Shown: positions 1 through 10,090 of the stretch, in pieces
Layout of the letters: the number at the start of each line of letters is the position of its first letter
Position numbering within the stretch: the stretch's first letter is position 1
Source: Campylobacterales bacterium
GTDB lineage: Bacteria; Campylobacterota; Campylobacteria; Campylobacterales; Sulfurimonadaceae
Length of the DNA stretch: 13,701 nt
Assembly: GCA_038205935.1 (NCBI GenBank)
Contig: JBBRBK010000054.1
Coordinates: 1-13,701 of the forward strand
Direction of reading: 5' to 3'
The notes under the pieces: generated by a model
Told to the model about the DNA's origin: nothing
Seen by the model: only the letters and a program-made list of their open reading frames with translations
The model's database searches: none
Program-made: the position numbers and the translations under genes

Positions 1-1838
1 GTAACTGTTTCATTTTCTAAAACTTTCCCATTCTCATCCATGAAAATAAGTACCGGTGGTCCAAATACGCCAAAACGTTTTGAAAGTGCTTTTTGTTTGT
101 CTGTATTTGCCGTAATATCAGCGCGTATAAGGACAAAATTTTGCATCTTCGCGATAACATCTGCATCTTTGAAAGTCGTTGCATCAAGCTCTTTACATGC
201 CGCACACCAATCAGCTGCAAAATCTAAAATCACTTTTTTGCCTTTTGCCTTTTCTAATTCCGTATTTAACTCATCTTCAGTTGTCACTATTTTGAAATTT
301 AATCCTTCTGCACTGATACCTGATGAGGCAACTGAACTTTTTTGAGTAAACTGATCAAGAGGGGTAAGAACATTTTTCGAACCGCTTATCGAGCCTACAA
401 AAAGAACAGTCCCATAAATAGTAAGAAGTACTGCAACTACCTTTTTGATACTGTTTTCTTTAACACCATTGTTTACATGTAAAGGCTCAAGTGCTCCAAA
501 ATGGATCCCAGTTGCTATGGCAAGTACACCCCAAAGTAGCATAACAATGCCCTCATTCAAGATTCTTGAAACCATCCAAACAGCCACGCCTAGCATCATC
601 ACACCAAAGATGGTTTTAACAGTATCCATCCACATTCCTGGACGAGGCATAAACTTCCCAGCACCAGTTCCAACGATAATAAGAGGAATCCCCATACCGA
701 TAGAAAGCATAAACAATGCCGCTCCTCCAAGAAGAGCATTCCCCGTTTGACCGATGTAAACGAGTGCCCCAGCAAGCGGTGCAGCCACACATGGCCCAAC
801 AATAAGAGCAGAAAGAAAGCCCATCACTGCAACACCGATAATACCACCTTTTTTACCTGTCGCAGAGCTCAGTTTTGACTGTATGAAGTTTGGCATCTGC
901 AATTCATAAAGGTCAAACATAGAAAGAGAAAGTGCGACAAAGATACCAGCAAATGAGTAAATAACCCAAGGAGTTTGAAGGGCCGCTTGAAGATTTGAAC
1001 CAAAAAGACCGGCTAAAACTCCAGCGAAAGTATATGCTATAGACATCGACAAAACATATACAATAGATAAAAAGAATGCACGTTTTGTCGAAAGCCCTTC
1101 CCCTTGTGCTACGATGACCGATGAGATGATCGGTATCATTGGAAAAACACACGGAGTCAAAGAAAGAAGAAGTCCAAACACAAAAAACATTCCAAGTATC
1201 AATACTAGATTTCCTGATTTAAGTGTATCTGCTATACTTTGTGTCTCTGATTCACCAGCTTTTTTTGTTGTACTTGGCACCGTTGCAATTGTTGTATTTT
1301 TTTCTACACTTGGAGTCTCTTCAATTTTTGATGGGACTACTGGAGTTGCCGCTTCAACGACTTTTTCAGTTTTAGTAACACTCGGTGCTTCAGGAGCTTT
1401 TGTAACTGTTTTTGCGCCTAGTTTTGCAACATCTACATTAAAACTATAAGCGTGCGTTTGAGGCTCATAACAAAGTCCTTTGTTTGAGCATCCTTGAAAG
1501 GCAAGTACAAAATCTATTTTTTGTATTCCGCTCACATCTGCATTGTTCTTGAGATCGACAATGACATGTGGAGAGACAAGATAAACTTTATCCCCTGCAT
1601 GTTCTACACTCTGAGGGAGTTCTGTCTTTAAAATTGCAATATTTGTGCTATCTTTTAAAGATATCTTGAACTCTTTTTCATAAAGGTAGATTCCATCTCC
1701 GAGTTTGACATCTACAACTATCTGCCCTTTGTCATTTAAAACCGCAGAGGGCTTGAAAGCCTGATCTGGCATCAAAAAGCTGTTCGCAAACAGCGATGTT
1801 GCCAGTAAACCCAGCAATAAAAATAAAAATCTCTTCAT
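1..1838 (-). CDS. dsbD: Thiol:disulfide interchange protein DsbD (3' end truncated by window edge)
   Basis: Read manually; absent from the ORF track because there is no stop inside the window. ATG at 1838-1836 preceded by AAGGA. Signal-peptide-like MKRFLFLLLGLLATSLFA, then alpha-domain QGCSNKGLCYEP (~1490-1462), transmembrane-domain LTPCVFPMIPI (~1157-1130) and VGPCVAAPL (~800-775), and thioredoxin-domain DFAADWCAACKE (~225-190) plus FGVFGPP. I confirmed the same frame at the start, the QGC, TPC and CAAC cysteines and the window edge. Confidence 0.95.
   Translation of the reverse strand, partial: MKRFLFLLLGLLATSLFANSFLMPDQAFKPSAVLNDKGQIVVDVKLGDGIYLYEKEFKISLKDSTNIAILKTELPQSVEHAGDKVYLVSPHVIVDLKNNADVSGIQKIDFVLAFQGCSNKGLCYEPQTHAYSFNVDVAKLGAKTVTKAPEAPSVTKTEKVVEAATPVVPSKIEETPSVEKNTTIATVPSTTKKAGESETQSIADTLKSGNLVLILGMFFVFGLLLSLTPCVFPMIPIISSVIVAQGEGLSTKRAFFLSIVYVLSMSIAYTFAGVLAGLFGSNLQAALQTPWVIYSFAGIFVALSLSMFDLYELQMPNFIQSKLSSATGKKGGIIGVAVMGFLSALIVGPCVAAPLAGALVYIGQTGNALLGGAALFMLSIGMGIPLIIVGTGAGKFMPRPGMWMDTVKTIFGVMMLGVAVWMVSRILNEGIVMLLWGVLAIATGIHFGALEPLHVNNGVKENSIKKVVAVLLTIYGTVLFVGSISGSKNVLTPLDQFTQKSSVASSGISAEGLNFKIVTTEDELNTELEKAKGKKVILDFAADWCAACKELDATTFKDADVIAKMQNFVLIRADITANTDKQKALSKRFGVFGPPVLIFMDENGKVLENETV
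472..483. repeat. Iterated palindrome copy 1: TTTACATGTAAA (inside dsbD, encodes L-H-V)
   Basis: Perfect 12-bp palindrome containing the core TTACATGTAA. Confidence 0.75.
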
Positions 1839-1865
1839 CCACACATCCTTGAAAAATATTGGCAT

Positions 1866-1875
1866 ATTCTAGCCA
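1866..1875 (-). promoter_or_regulatory. Putative sigma70-type -10 element for dsbD (TGGC-TAGAAT)
   Basis: Minus strand reads TTGGCTAGAAT, with TAGAAT ~28 nt upstream of the dsbD ATG; resembles the gnTAnaaT extended -10 of Campylobacterota. Motif match only. Confidence 0.4.
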
Positions 1876-1950
1876 AGATTATTTAACAACATCATAACGA
1901 TTTTAGTTTCCCATATATTTCAAGTACAAACTAATCTAAGCTTTTAATGT

Positions 1951-2832
1951 TTACTTCTCATCCTCTACAGGTGCTTGCATATCTGGTTTTGGCTCATCCG
2001 ATACAGTTTTTTCACTACTATTTTGATCGGCATTTTGCACCTTTGTATCGTCTCTATTTTGATCGCTCAGATTTCCATCTTGTTTCATTTCATCTTCTGG
2101 CATCTCATCTTTTTTTGGTGGAGCCATAACTTCTTTAAATGATTGTATAACAACACCTCGACGTATCATAATCTTATAGATGATCGCTGAACGATACTTC
2201 ACATATTTTTGATTACCCAAAGGAGAATATTTTATAGGATTTGGAAGAATTGCCGCTAAATTTGCTGCTTCTTGCGCACTTAAATTTTTTGCACTTTTTC
2301 CATAGTAGTGATGAGCCGCCGCTTCGATACCGAAGATACCATCACCCCACTCTGCCACATTGAGATATATCTCTAAAATACGTCGTTTAGAGAGAGTTTT
2401 CTCAATTCTATAGGTAATGATCGCTTCTTTGATCTTACGAATAGGATTTTTGCTAGGAGAAAGATAAAGGTTTTTAGAAAGCTGTTGAGAGATGGTACTT
2501 CCACCTGCAAGCGTACCGTTTTTTATACTGCGTTCTAAAGCGTTTTCCATCCCCTTAACATCAAATCCATCATGCTTATAAAATCCATCATCCTCACCGA
2601 TGAGTACCGCTTTTATAAGATTTGGAGAGATCTGTTTTATGGATACCCATTTTTTATCTATCTTCATATCTCTGTTTTCATCAGCCCACTGCGCCTCACG
2701 ATATTCCATAAATGCACTCAGCTCAGGATTATTTTTTTTAAGAAAAGAAACATCAGGATAGATTACATAGCGAAGAATATCTAAGAGCATAACAATAACA
2801 ACGATAAATAGTATTTTGAAAAAGATTTTCAT
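1951..2832 (-). CDS. mtgA: Monofunctional biosynthetic peptidoglycan transglycosylase (GT51)
   Basis: N-terminal TM anchor. All five GT51 motifs: EDDGFYKHDGFD, GGSTISQQLSKNL, RKIKEAI, KRRILEIYLN, EAANLAAILPNP. No transpeptidase domain. GAGG RBS at 2837-2840 (minus). Confidence 0.93.
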   Translation of the reverse strand: MKIFFKILFIVVIVMLLDILRYVIYPDVSFLKKNNPELSAFMEYREAQWADENRDMKIDKKWVSIKQISPNLIKAVLIGEDDGFYKHDGFDVKGMENALERSIKNGTLAGGSTISQQLSKNLYLSPSKNPIRKIKEAIITYRIEKTLSKRRILEIYLNVAEWGDGIFGIEAAAHHYYGKSAKNLSAQEAANLAAILPNPIKYSPLGNQKYVKYRSAIIYKIMIRRGVVIQSFKEVMAPPKKDEMPEDEMKQDGNLSDQNRDDTKVQNADQNSSEKTVSDEPKPDMQAPVEDEK

Positions 2833-2852
2833 AGAACCTCATTTTTTTTGAA

Positions 2853-2861
2853 AGAATACCA
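2853..2861 (-). promoter_or_regulatory. Putative extended -10 promoter for mtgA (TGGTATTCT)
   Basis: TGn-TATTCT on the minus strand ~21 nt upstream of the mtgA ATG, within the AT-rich divergent intergenic region 2833-3014. Confidence 0.4.
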
Positions 2862-3014
2862 TATGTTACTTTATTGAGAATAACATCAATAAGAGAAATA
2901 ATTCAAAATTAAAAAATACTCTTTATAAAATTAAACATATACTTTCGTATTTAAGCAAATCATCATATGAATTGCCCTACTCTATATGCAATAAATTAAC
3001 ATTAGAGAATACTT

Positions 3015-4955
3015 ATGTCAAACAGATTAGCTTTAGAAGATTCACCTTATTTACAACAACACAAAAACAATCCCATAGACTGGTTTCCTTGGTGCGATGA
3101 AGCATTTCAAATCGCTAAAGATGAAAACAAACCTATTTTTATTTCCATAGGTTACAGCAGTTGCCATTGGTGTCATGTGATGGAAAAAGAGGTATTTGAA
3201 GATGAAAAAGTTGCAAAATTTGTGAATGATCATTTTATCTGTATCAAAGTTGATCGTGAAGAGAGACCTGACATCGATAAGCATTATCAAGAAGTTTATC
3301 AGCTTTTAAACCGTCGCGCAGGCGGATGGCCGACATCTATCTTTGCAACTCCAGAGAACAAAGCTTTTTTTGCTGGAACATACATTCCTCTTCATAGCAA
3401 AGAGGGCGATACAAATATGATAGGTTTTAGTGAGATCACCAAGATTATCGCGGACAAAATTGCAGAAAAAAACGAACAGATATTTAAAAATGCTGATGAA
3501 ATTGAAGGATTTTTACGACCGACCAATCATCCAAAAGAAGCTACTAAACTCATAGAAGATGTTTATAAAAATTTTCTTGTTCAAAGTGAGCGTAATTATG
3601 AAACATCTTATGGCGGGTTTTCTCATACTCCAAAATTTCCTCATTCTGCAACTCTTACAACTCTTTTAAATATTGCTTTACTTTATGACAATAAAGATGC
3701 AAAAAAAATGCTTACATTTACTCTTGATAATATGAGTAAAGGTGGAATGTACGACCTTGTTGAAGGTGGTTTTTGTAGATATTCTACTGATGAAAAATGG
3801 CTCGTTCCACACTTTGAGAAGATGACTTATGATAATGCCCTACTTTGTGAACTTTACACTAAAGCTTACCTTACATGTAAGGAAGATAACTACTTGCATG
3901 TAGCCAAACAAACAGCCGATTTTATGCTCAAATCTATGCAAGAAGACAAGCTGTTTTATTCTGCAAGTGACGCCGATAGTGACGAAGGAGAAGGACACTA
4001 CTTTACCTATACAAAAGAGGAAGTCTCTTCAGCCTTAGAACAACACGGTTATGAATCTAATGAGATCGCTTTGATCATAAAACTCTTACATGTAAGTGAT
4101 CAAGGTAATTTTGAGGGACGCAATATTATAAGATATGAAGAAGCTGTACAGCCTGACTGGTTTGCCAATGTTATGAATATTTTAAGTTCTATAAGAGCTA
4201 CAAGAAAATATCCATTTATCGACAAAAAAGTTCAGACTTCTTGGAATGCTATGATGATAAAAGCGCTTTTTACTCTTTCTTACGTGGATGTTCGATACAA
4301 CAATATTGCCAAAGAGCATCTTGATACACTTTTAAAAACTATGTTCATTGATGGAGAGCTTTATCACTCCACACTTATTCATAAAATCCCAAAAGTAAAA
4401 GCATTTCTAGAGGACTATGCCTTTATGGGCGTTGCTTTGATCGCTGCTTATGAAGCGACAAGCGATGAACTATATCTTATAAATGCACAAAAATTTGCAA
4501 ATAAGGCACTCGAAGAGTTTTATGATAAAGGAAGATGGTTTTTTAGTACAGGAGAGTTTACAACCCAAGCGGAAATCAGTGACAACACTTATCCATCCAC
4601 AGTCAGTGTTATGATAGATCTGCTACTTTCTCTTGGCTCTTTGGGAGAAGAAAAATACAGAACTTTTGCATTTAAAACACTAGAATACAATTCCTATGAT
4701 CTAGGACGTAAACCGATCTATACTCCATATATGTTAAGTCAGATGCTTAGATATCTTAAAGGTGATAGAATCATCAAGTCAAACAGTAAAAATCTTCAGA
4801 TAAATAGTAGAGATATTGCAAGCATAAGCTATCCTTTTATCTTAAAGCAGACAAACACAGAGGATGACTTTTTAGTATGCGGCCAAAACAGCTGTTTTGC
4901 CAATACAAAAAATGTTATTGAATTAGAAAATATTGTTCAAAAATCAATTTTATAA
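3015..4955 (+). CDS. yyaL: YyaL/SSP411 (DUF255) family protein: thioredoxin-like N-terminal domain plus alpha/alpha-barrel domain
   Basis: Family signatures [88 protein letters not shown]. No signal peptide. Confidence 0.9.
   Translation: MSNRLALEDSPYLQQHKNNPIDWFPWCDEAFQIAKDENKPIFISIGYSSCHWCHVMEKEVFEDEKVAKFVNDHFICIKVDREERPDIDKHYQEVYQLLNRRAGGWPTSIFATPENKAFFAGTYIPLHSKEGDTNMIGFSEITKIIADKIAEKNEQIFKNADEIEGFLRPTNHPKEATKLIEDVYKNFLVQSERNYETSYGGFSHTPKFPHSATLTTLLNIALLYDNKDAKKMLTFTLDNMSKGGMYDLVEGGFCRYSTDEKWLVPHFEKMTYDNALLCELYTKAYLTCKEDNYLHVAKQTADFMLKSMQEDKLFYSASDADSDEGEGHYFTYTKEEVSSALEQHGYESNEIALIIKLLHVSDQGNFEGRNIIRYEEAVQPDWFANVMNILSSIRATRKYPFIDKKVQTSWNAMMIKALFTLSYVDVRYNNIAKEHLDTLLKTMFIDGELYHSTLIHKIPKVKAFLEDYAFMGVALIAAYEATSDELYLINAQKFANKALEEFYDKGRWFFSTGEFTTQAEISDNTYPSTVSVMIDLLLSLGSLGEEKYRTFAFKTLEYNSYDLGRKPIYTPYMLSQMLRYLKGDRIIKSNSKNLQINSRDIASISYPFILKQTNTEDDFLVCGQNSCFANTKNVIELENIVQKSIL
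3869..3882. repeat. Iterated palindrome copy 2: CCTTACATGTAAGG (inside yyaL, encodes L-T-C-K)
   Basis: Perfect 14-bp palindrome. Confidence 0.8.
4085..4096. repeat. Iterated palindrome copy 3: CTTACATGTAAG (inside yyaL, encodes L-H-V)
   Basis: Perfect 12-bp palindrome. Confidence 0.8.
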
Positions 4956-4967
4956 AAAGGAAATAAT

Positions 4968-5795
4968 ATGTCAAAAAAGAAGAAACAAAATAAAGAGAAA
5001 ATGGTCCAAATTGATGTTAAAGAGTCACAGTTGATTTATGAAAAAGATCTCCAAACGCTACAAATAGAGCTTTTAAAGATGCAAAATCATATCAAAGACA
5101 CCGGTCAAAAGCTCCTTATTATTTTTGAAGGACGTGACGCGGCTGGAAAAGGCGGGATGATAAAACGAATCACAGAACATCTCAATCCTCGTGGTGCAAG
5201 AGTCGTCGCTCTTAATAAACCCTCAGATACTGAAAAAACCCAATGGTATTTTCAAAGATATTCAAGCCACTTGCCCTCAGCCGGAGAGATCGTACTTTTT
5301 GACCGCAGCTGGTATAATAGAGGTGGTGTTGAACCTGTCATGGGTTTTTGTACACCTGAAGAACATGAAGATTTCTTACAATCTGTACCAAAATTTGAAA
5401 GAATGCTGATAAACTCTGGAATTCAAATCTTAAAATATTATATTTCAGTGTCTAAAGAGGTTCAGGAAAAACGATTTAAAGAAAGAAAAAATGACCCTCT
5501 CAAACATTTTAAAATTTCCCCTGTCGATAAACAGGCACAAAAATTATGGGAAAAATATACAGTTGCAAAATACTCGATGCTCTTAGCTTCTCACACTCCC
5601 GGAACTCCTTGGACAATAGTACGTTCTGATAACAAAAAAGAAGCACGCATTAACTGTATAAAGCATATAATCTCGCACATCGAATACCCAGAAAAAATAT
5701 CAGAAGAATTTTTAAGAAGTGATGACAAAATTGTTTTTGATGGCAATGATGAAGTCAGACATATGGAATCTCAAATGAATATCAAGATGGATTAA
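4968..5795 (+). CDS. ppk2: Polyphosphate kinase 2 (single-domain PPK2)
   Basis: Walker A FEGRDAAGKGG, LNPRG, QWYFQRY, FDRSWYNR..VE.VMGFC, FERML, K.SPVD, PWTIV.S..KK.AR. AAAGGA RBS. Confidence 0.95.
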   Translation: MSKKKKQNKEKMVQIDVKESQLIYEKDLQTLQIELLKMQNHIKDTGQKLLIIFEGRDAAGKGGMIKRITEHLNPRGARVVALNKPSDTEKTQWYFQRYSSHLPSAGEIVLFDRSWYNRGGVEPVMGFCTPEEHEDFLQSVPKFERMLINSGIQILKYYISVSKEVQEKRFKERKNDPLKHFKISPVDKQAQKLWEKYTVAKYSMLLASHTPGTPWTIVRSDNKKEARINCIKHIISHIEYPEKISEEFLRSDDKIVFDGNDEVRHMESQMNIKMD

Positions 5796-5806
5796 AAAGA
5801 GGAAAA

Positions 5807-6994
5807 ATGAAGAAAATAATGATTAGTCTGCTTTGTGCGATGGCACTCTTTGCAGATGAATCTGTGCTTTCACAACAAAAGCAGGAAACACTTGATCTAA
5901 AACGTAAGCAAATTGAACAGGATACGGACGCAGCGATGAAAAGCTGGATCTCTCCGCTCATCCTTTCACTCGGAGTCACTGAAAATAAGAATTCTCTCAA
6001 TAATAATAGCGAACTTGAAAATGCTTCTTTGCAATGGAATCAGGATCTTTTTCGAAGCGGTGGAATCGGCTACACCATAGAGCAATCAAAAGCAAACGGA
6101 GCGGCAAATCTTCTCGGCGTAGATATTCAAGAAGCTACCTATCTTAAAAGCCTTTATACGCTTAAAGTACAGATAGAGCGCGATAAACTCGCACTCATGC
6201 AAAGTCAACTGACACTTAAAAACAGTGATATAGACCTTTTGATGACTAAAGCAAAATACAAAGCCGGACTTTCAGATCTGAGCCAACTCAATCAAATAAC
6301 ACTAAGTAGAGACACAGCAAGAACAAATCTTATTGTTGTAAAAAATACTCTTGAGAGTGAAACATATGAACTAAAAAAGCTCATACAGGGTGAAAATACA
6401 GACGCAATTAAAATTCCATCCATAGAACTTCCCTCCAAAGAGGAGTATATTGCCAAAAATCTTGAACTTTTACAATACAACAAACAAAATCAGGCAAGCG
6501 AAGCCGCTTGGAAAAACAAGGCATCAAGCTATCTACCAAAGTTAGCATTTAATGGTTCTTATGGTTACTCAAGGAATACTTATACCGGCCCTTATTCATC
6601 AGATTTTGAAGGAAATTCCTACAGTTACGGGCTCACTTTGTCTATGCCTCTCCTTGACGTAAATGCAAATGCCTTAATAGAATCTACAAAATTACAATAT
6701 CTGCAAACAAAAAGCCAACAAATTGATAGAAGAATGGAACTTTCTCAGGAGTATGAAAAACATATCAATAACATCCATAACTACGATGAAAAAATTGCTC
6801 TCGCTAATGAAATGATGAAAATGTATGATGAACTCCATGGTTTTACAAAAAGTCAAGTTGATGCAGGATTTAAATCACAATACGATCTCGATTCTTTACA
6901 AAACTCTGTCAATATACAAAAGCTTGACAAAGAGATACAAAATTACAATATTACTATCGAAAAGATCACTCTGTACTTCGATACAAAACACTAA
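5807..6994 (+). CDS. TolC-family outer membrane efflux protein
   Basis: Sec signal peptide MKKIMISLLCAMALFA; helical coiled-coil pattern; OEP-like repeats (KYKAGLSDLSQL; SYLPKLAFNGSY...YGLTLSMPL; VDAGFKSQYDL); directly upstream of adaptor and ABC genes. GAGGA RBS. Confidence 0.8.
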   Translation: MKKIMISLLCAMALFADESVLSQQKQETLDLKRKQIEQDTDAAMKSWISPLILSLGVTENKNSLNNNSELENASLQWNQDLFRSGGIGYTIEQSKANGAANLLGVDIQEATYLKSLYTLKVQIERDKLALMQSQLTLKNSDIDLLMTKAKYKAGLSDLSQLNQITLSRDTARTNLIVVKNTLESETYELKKLIQGENTDAIKIPSIELPSKEEYIAKNLELLQYNKQNQASEAAWKNKASSYLPKLAFNGSYGYSRNTYTGPYSSDFEGNSYSYGLTLSMPLLDVNANALIESTKLQYLQTKSQQIDRRMELSQEYEKHINNIHNYDEKIALANEMMKMYDELHGFTKSQVDAGFKSQYDLDSLQNSVNIQKLDKEIQNYNITIEKITLYFDTKH

Positions 6995-7003
6995 GGAACA
7001 CCT

Positions 7004-8212
7004 ATGCAAGAGATGGAAAAAGTTACAAAATATAAAAAAAGCGGATGGATGTGGAAGATTTTCATAGCTTTCTTTCTCGTGATTATAGGCTTTATAGCTT
7101 ATAAACTTTTTGTTCCAAAAGTAGCGGAAAATGAGTTTACGTATGCCACAGGACCACTCAAAAAAGGAGATCTGACAATCACAGTCTCAGCAACTGGAAA
7201 TATCCAACCAGTAGAACAAGTGAATGTTGGAAGTGAAGTCTCAGGAACTATTGAAAAAGTCTTTGTTGACTACAATGATGTTGTCAAAAAAGGGCAACTC
7301 CTCGCACAAATAGATAGAACAAAATATGAGAGTAACCTCAGAAAAGTGCAAGCCTCTTTAGCCTCTTCAAATGCAAATCTACAAAATATGGAAGCTCAGC
7401 TGTACAAGGCTAAATCGATCATAGGAAGAGACAAAATACTTCGCGAATCTACAAACGGAGCACTTCCATCGAAAAATGACTGGGATAGTGACTGGTCTGC
7501 ATATTTAGCTGCACAAGCACAAATCAGCGGTGCAAAAGCGCAGATTAGCCAATCCAAACAAGATCTTATCTCTTCACAATATGATCTTCAAAAAACAAAT
7601 ATTTATTCACCTGTAAATGGGACTATCTTAGTGAAAAGTATCGATCCAGGGCAAACAGTTGCGGCTTCTTTTCAAACACCAGTTCTTTTTACCATCGCAA
7701 AAGACCTTACAAAAATGCAACTCCAAGCAACTATCGATGAAGCAGATATTGCAAAGGTCAAAGAGGATCAAAGTGTTGCTTTTAATGTCGATGCATATCC
7801 GCATATGAAGTTTCAAACTTCTATCACTCAGGTGCGCGTAAACTCTGCCATCGTTGATGGAGTTGTGACGTATCTTGCTATTATGGATTACGATAATTCA
7901 CAACTACTCTTACGTCCTGGAATGAGCGCGGATATCGACATCACAACACAGAGTGTAAAAAATGCGTTTCTTGTCTCAAAAGCGGCTCTGCTCTTCATCC
8001 CAGTAAAACCTCAAATCAAAACTTTTTTCGGTTCCAATAAAGAAGAAAAGATAATTGTAGATCCAAAACCACATGTATGGATACTAAAAAATAACCAGCC
8101 AAAGAAAATCTATGTAAAAGTGCTTGGAAGTAGTGGAGCTGTAAGTGCGATCAGTTCTGATGAGCTTAAAGAAAGTGATCCTATTATCATTACGCAGGAA
8201 AAACATCAATGA
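7004..8212 (+). CDS. MacA-like periplasmic adaptor (membrane fusion protein)
   Basis: N-terminal TM helix; lipoyl-like motifs VSATGNIQP..VNVGSEVSG.I..V.VD.ND.VKKGQLLA and IYSPVNG.I....GQTVAASFQTP.LF; IDEADI..VK; LRPGMSA. Confidence 0.9.
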   Translation: MQEMEKVTKYKKSGWMWKIFIAFFLVIIGFIAYKLFVPKVAENEFTYATGPLKKGDLTITVSATGNIQPVEQVNVGSEVSGTIEKVFVDYNDVVKKGQLLAQIDRTKYESNLRKVQASLASSNANLQNMEAQLYKAKSIIGRDKILRESTNGALPSKNDWDSDWSAYLAAQAQISGAKAQISQSKQDLISSQYDLQKTNIYSPVNGTILVKSIDPGQTVAASFQTPVLFTIAKDLTKMQLQATIDEADIAKVKEDQSVAFNVDAYPHMKFQTSITQVRVNSAIVDGVVTYLAIMDYDNSQLLLRPGMSADIDITTQSVKNAFLVSKAALLFIPVKPQIKTFFGSNKEEKIIVDPKPHVWILKNNQPKKIYVKVLGSSGAVSAISSDELKESDPIIITQEKHQ

Positions 8213-8889
8213 TAGAACTCCGTGATATCAGCAAAGTATATGGAATAGCTGAGACCTCTTCAACCGTTTTAAAAAATATAAATATCACTATCAAAGAGGG
8301 TGAATTTGTTGCTATTATGGGACCAAGCGGAAGTGGGAAATCCACTCTTTTAAATATTCTCGGTACTCTTGATGTCCCAAGTTCAGGTCAATACAGTTTT
8401 TTTGATACAGATATTACCGCTCTTACAAAAGATCAAAGATCTCTTTTTAGACGTCATATACTTGGATTTATCTTTCAAGGATTCAATCTGCTCAAAAAAA
8501 CGACCGCTATTGATAATGTAGAGATGCCGCTTATCTATCTTGGAGTCAAAGCAAAAGAGCGAAAAGAAAGAGCTTATACGGCACTCAAAGCTGTTGGATT
8601 AGCAGAACGTGCAGATTATGAGCCGTCCAAACTCTCAGGCGGACAACAGCAACGTGTGGCCATTGCAAGAGCCATCGTCACAAATCCAAAAGTACTTATC
8701 GCTGATGAACCTACGGGAAATCTTGATAGCAAAAGAGGTCATGAGATCATGGAAATTCTCCAAGAGTTCAATAAAAACGGCATTACTATCATTATGGTGA
8801 CACATGAAAGTGATATTGCAGCGTATGCCTCAAGAGTCTTACATGTAAGAGATGGAATCATTGAAAAGGAGGAGATCAATGCTCATTAA
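8209..8889 (+). CDS. ABC transporter ATP-binding protein (MacB/LolD-like)
   Basis: Walker [11 protein letters not shown]-loop GFIFQGFNL, signature [14 protein letters not shown], Walker B/D-loop [12 protein letters not shown]-loop VTHE. ATGA overlap with the adaptor stop codon. Confidence 0.95.
   Translation: MIELRDISKVYGIAETSSTVLKNINITIKEGEFVAIMGPSGSGKSTLLNILGTLDVPSSGQYSFFDTDITALTKDQRSLFRRHILGFIFQGFNLLKKTTAIDNVEMPLIYLGVKAKERKERAYTALKAVGLAERADYEPSKLSGGQQQRVAIARAIVTNPKVLIADEPTGNLDSKRGHEIMEILQEFNKNGITIIMVTHESDIAAYASRVLHVRDGIIEKEEINAH
8837..8850. repeat. Iterated palindrome copy 4: TCTTACATGTAAGA (inside the ABC ATPase, encodes L-H-V-R)
   Basis: Perfect 14-bp palindrome. Confidence 0.8.
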
Positions 8890-10090
8890 TGCTCTTCTTC
8901 AAGCACTTCGCGAGATCCGCCGCAATCTTATGCGATCGCTTCTTACAGCGATGGGAATCGTTATCGGTATTGCATCTGTCATCGCCATGGTCAACATCGG
9001 CAAAGGTGCTAGTCTCTCTATTACAAGCAGTATCAGTAAGCTTGGAAGCAACACACTTTATATTTCTCCAGGTCAGCAACATGGTCCTGGAAATCAATCC
9101 TCTGTTTCTGTTCCTTTTAAGACAAAAGATGTAGAAGTCTTACAAGAATCCATAGTCGCACTTGAAGCGATCTCTCCAGTCGAGGGTGCCACTATGACGG
9201 CTCTTTATGGAGATCAAAACTACCAAACAAGTGTTAAAGGTGTTGAAAATGGCTACTTTGATGTGCAAGAGCTCACCTTTAAATCTGGACGCGAATTTAC
9301 AAAAAATGAGATTCGAAGCGGACTTGCTACTTGTATTTTAGGTAAAACAGTTGTTGACAAACTCTTTGTTAAGGGTGAAGATCCCATCGGTCAAAAAATA
9401 CGTGTTAAAAACTTTTCGTGTGAAGTTGCAGGTGTCCTACAGCCAAAGGGAGCAAATACCTTTGGAATGGATCAAGATGATGTCATACTTGTTCCTTTGA
9501 AGATGTTCATGCGACGTATTAGCGGTAATGAAAATATCCATTTGATTATGGCAAAGGTCAAATCAAATATTCCTCTTGAAGAAGCGACAGTACAGATACA
9601 ACAAATTATACGTGAAAGACGCCATCTCAAACTAGAAGAGGAAGATAATTTTTCAGTTAGAAGTATGTCCGCTTTGCTTGATACCATCGGTCAGATTACA
9701 GATATGCTAACAGTTATGCTTGGAGCTGTTGCAGCCATCTCTCTTGTAGTTGGCGGAATCGGTATTATGAATATCATGCTAGTCTCTGTTACAGAGCGAA
9801 CTCGTGAAATAGGTATACGAATGGCTGTAGGAGCAATGTCACAAGATATTTTAATACAGTTTTTGATCGAAGCGGTTGTATTATCTGGACTTGGCGGCAT
9901 TGTAGGAGTGATCTTTGGCATCTCTATTACAATGATTGTCAGTCATTTTATGCATTTTGCACTGATTATCGATCCTACGATTACCGTAATCTCTTTACTA
10001 TTTTCTATGTTGATAGGAATTGTATTTGGGATTATTCCAGCAAGAAAAGCATCAAATATGAATCCTATTGATGCTTTGAGGTATGAATAG
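8879..10090 (+). CDS. MacB-type ABC transporter permease (MacB periplasmic core + FtsX domain)
   Basis: RSLLTAMGIVIGIASVIAM, large periplasmic domain, ISLVVGGIGIMNIMLVSVTERTREIGIRMAVGA, QFLIEA, PARKAS.MNPIDALRYE. Start moved from 8852 to ATG 8879 (MLINALL...), which follows AAGGAGGAG. Confidence 0.93.
   Translation: MLINALLQALREIRRNLMRSLLTAMGIVIGIASVIAMVNIGKGASLSITSSISKLGSNTLYISPGQQHGPGNQSSVSVPFKTKDVEVLQESIVALEAISPVEGATMTALYGDQNYQTSVKGVENGYFDVQELTFKSGREFTKNEIRSGLATCILGKTVVDKLFVKGEDPIGQKIRVKNFSCEVAGVLQPKGANTFGMDQDDVILVPLKMFMRRISGNENIHLIMAKVKSNIPLEEATVQIQQIIRERRHLKLEEEDNFSVRSMSALLDTIGQITDMLTVMLGAVAAISLVVGGIGIMNIMLVSVTERTREIGIRMAVGAMSQDILIQFLIEAVVLSGLGGIVGVIFGISITMIVSHFMHFALIIDPTITVISLLFSMLIGIVFGIIPARKASNMNPIDALRYE

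Noticed and set aside
17..1449. Short ORFs 17-220, 40-345, 445-750, 599-802, 913-1152 and 1114-1449
   Set aside because: Antisense or off-frame shadows of dsbD, which spans 1-1838 on the minus strand with its motifs in frame; no sign that dsbD is a pseudogene.
8852..8878. Upstream ATG for the permease given by the ORF track
   Set aside because: ATG 8879 has a strong AAGGAGGAG RBS and gives a typical N-terminus; the extension overlaps the ATPase gene.
1947..9921. Small overlapping ORFs inside mtgA, yyaL, ppk2, tolC, the adaptor and the ABC genes
   Set aside because: They overlap well-supported genes and have no recognisable motifs.
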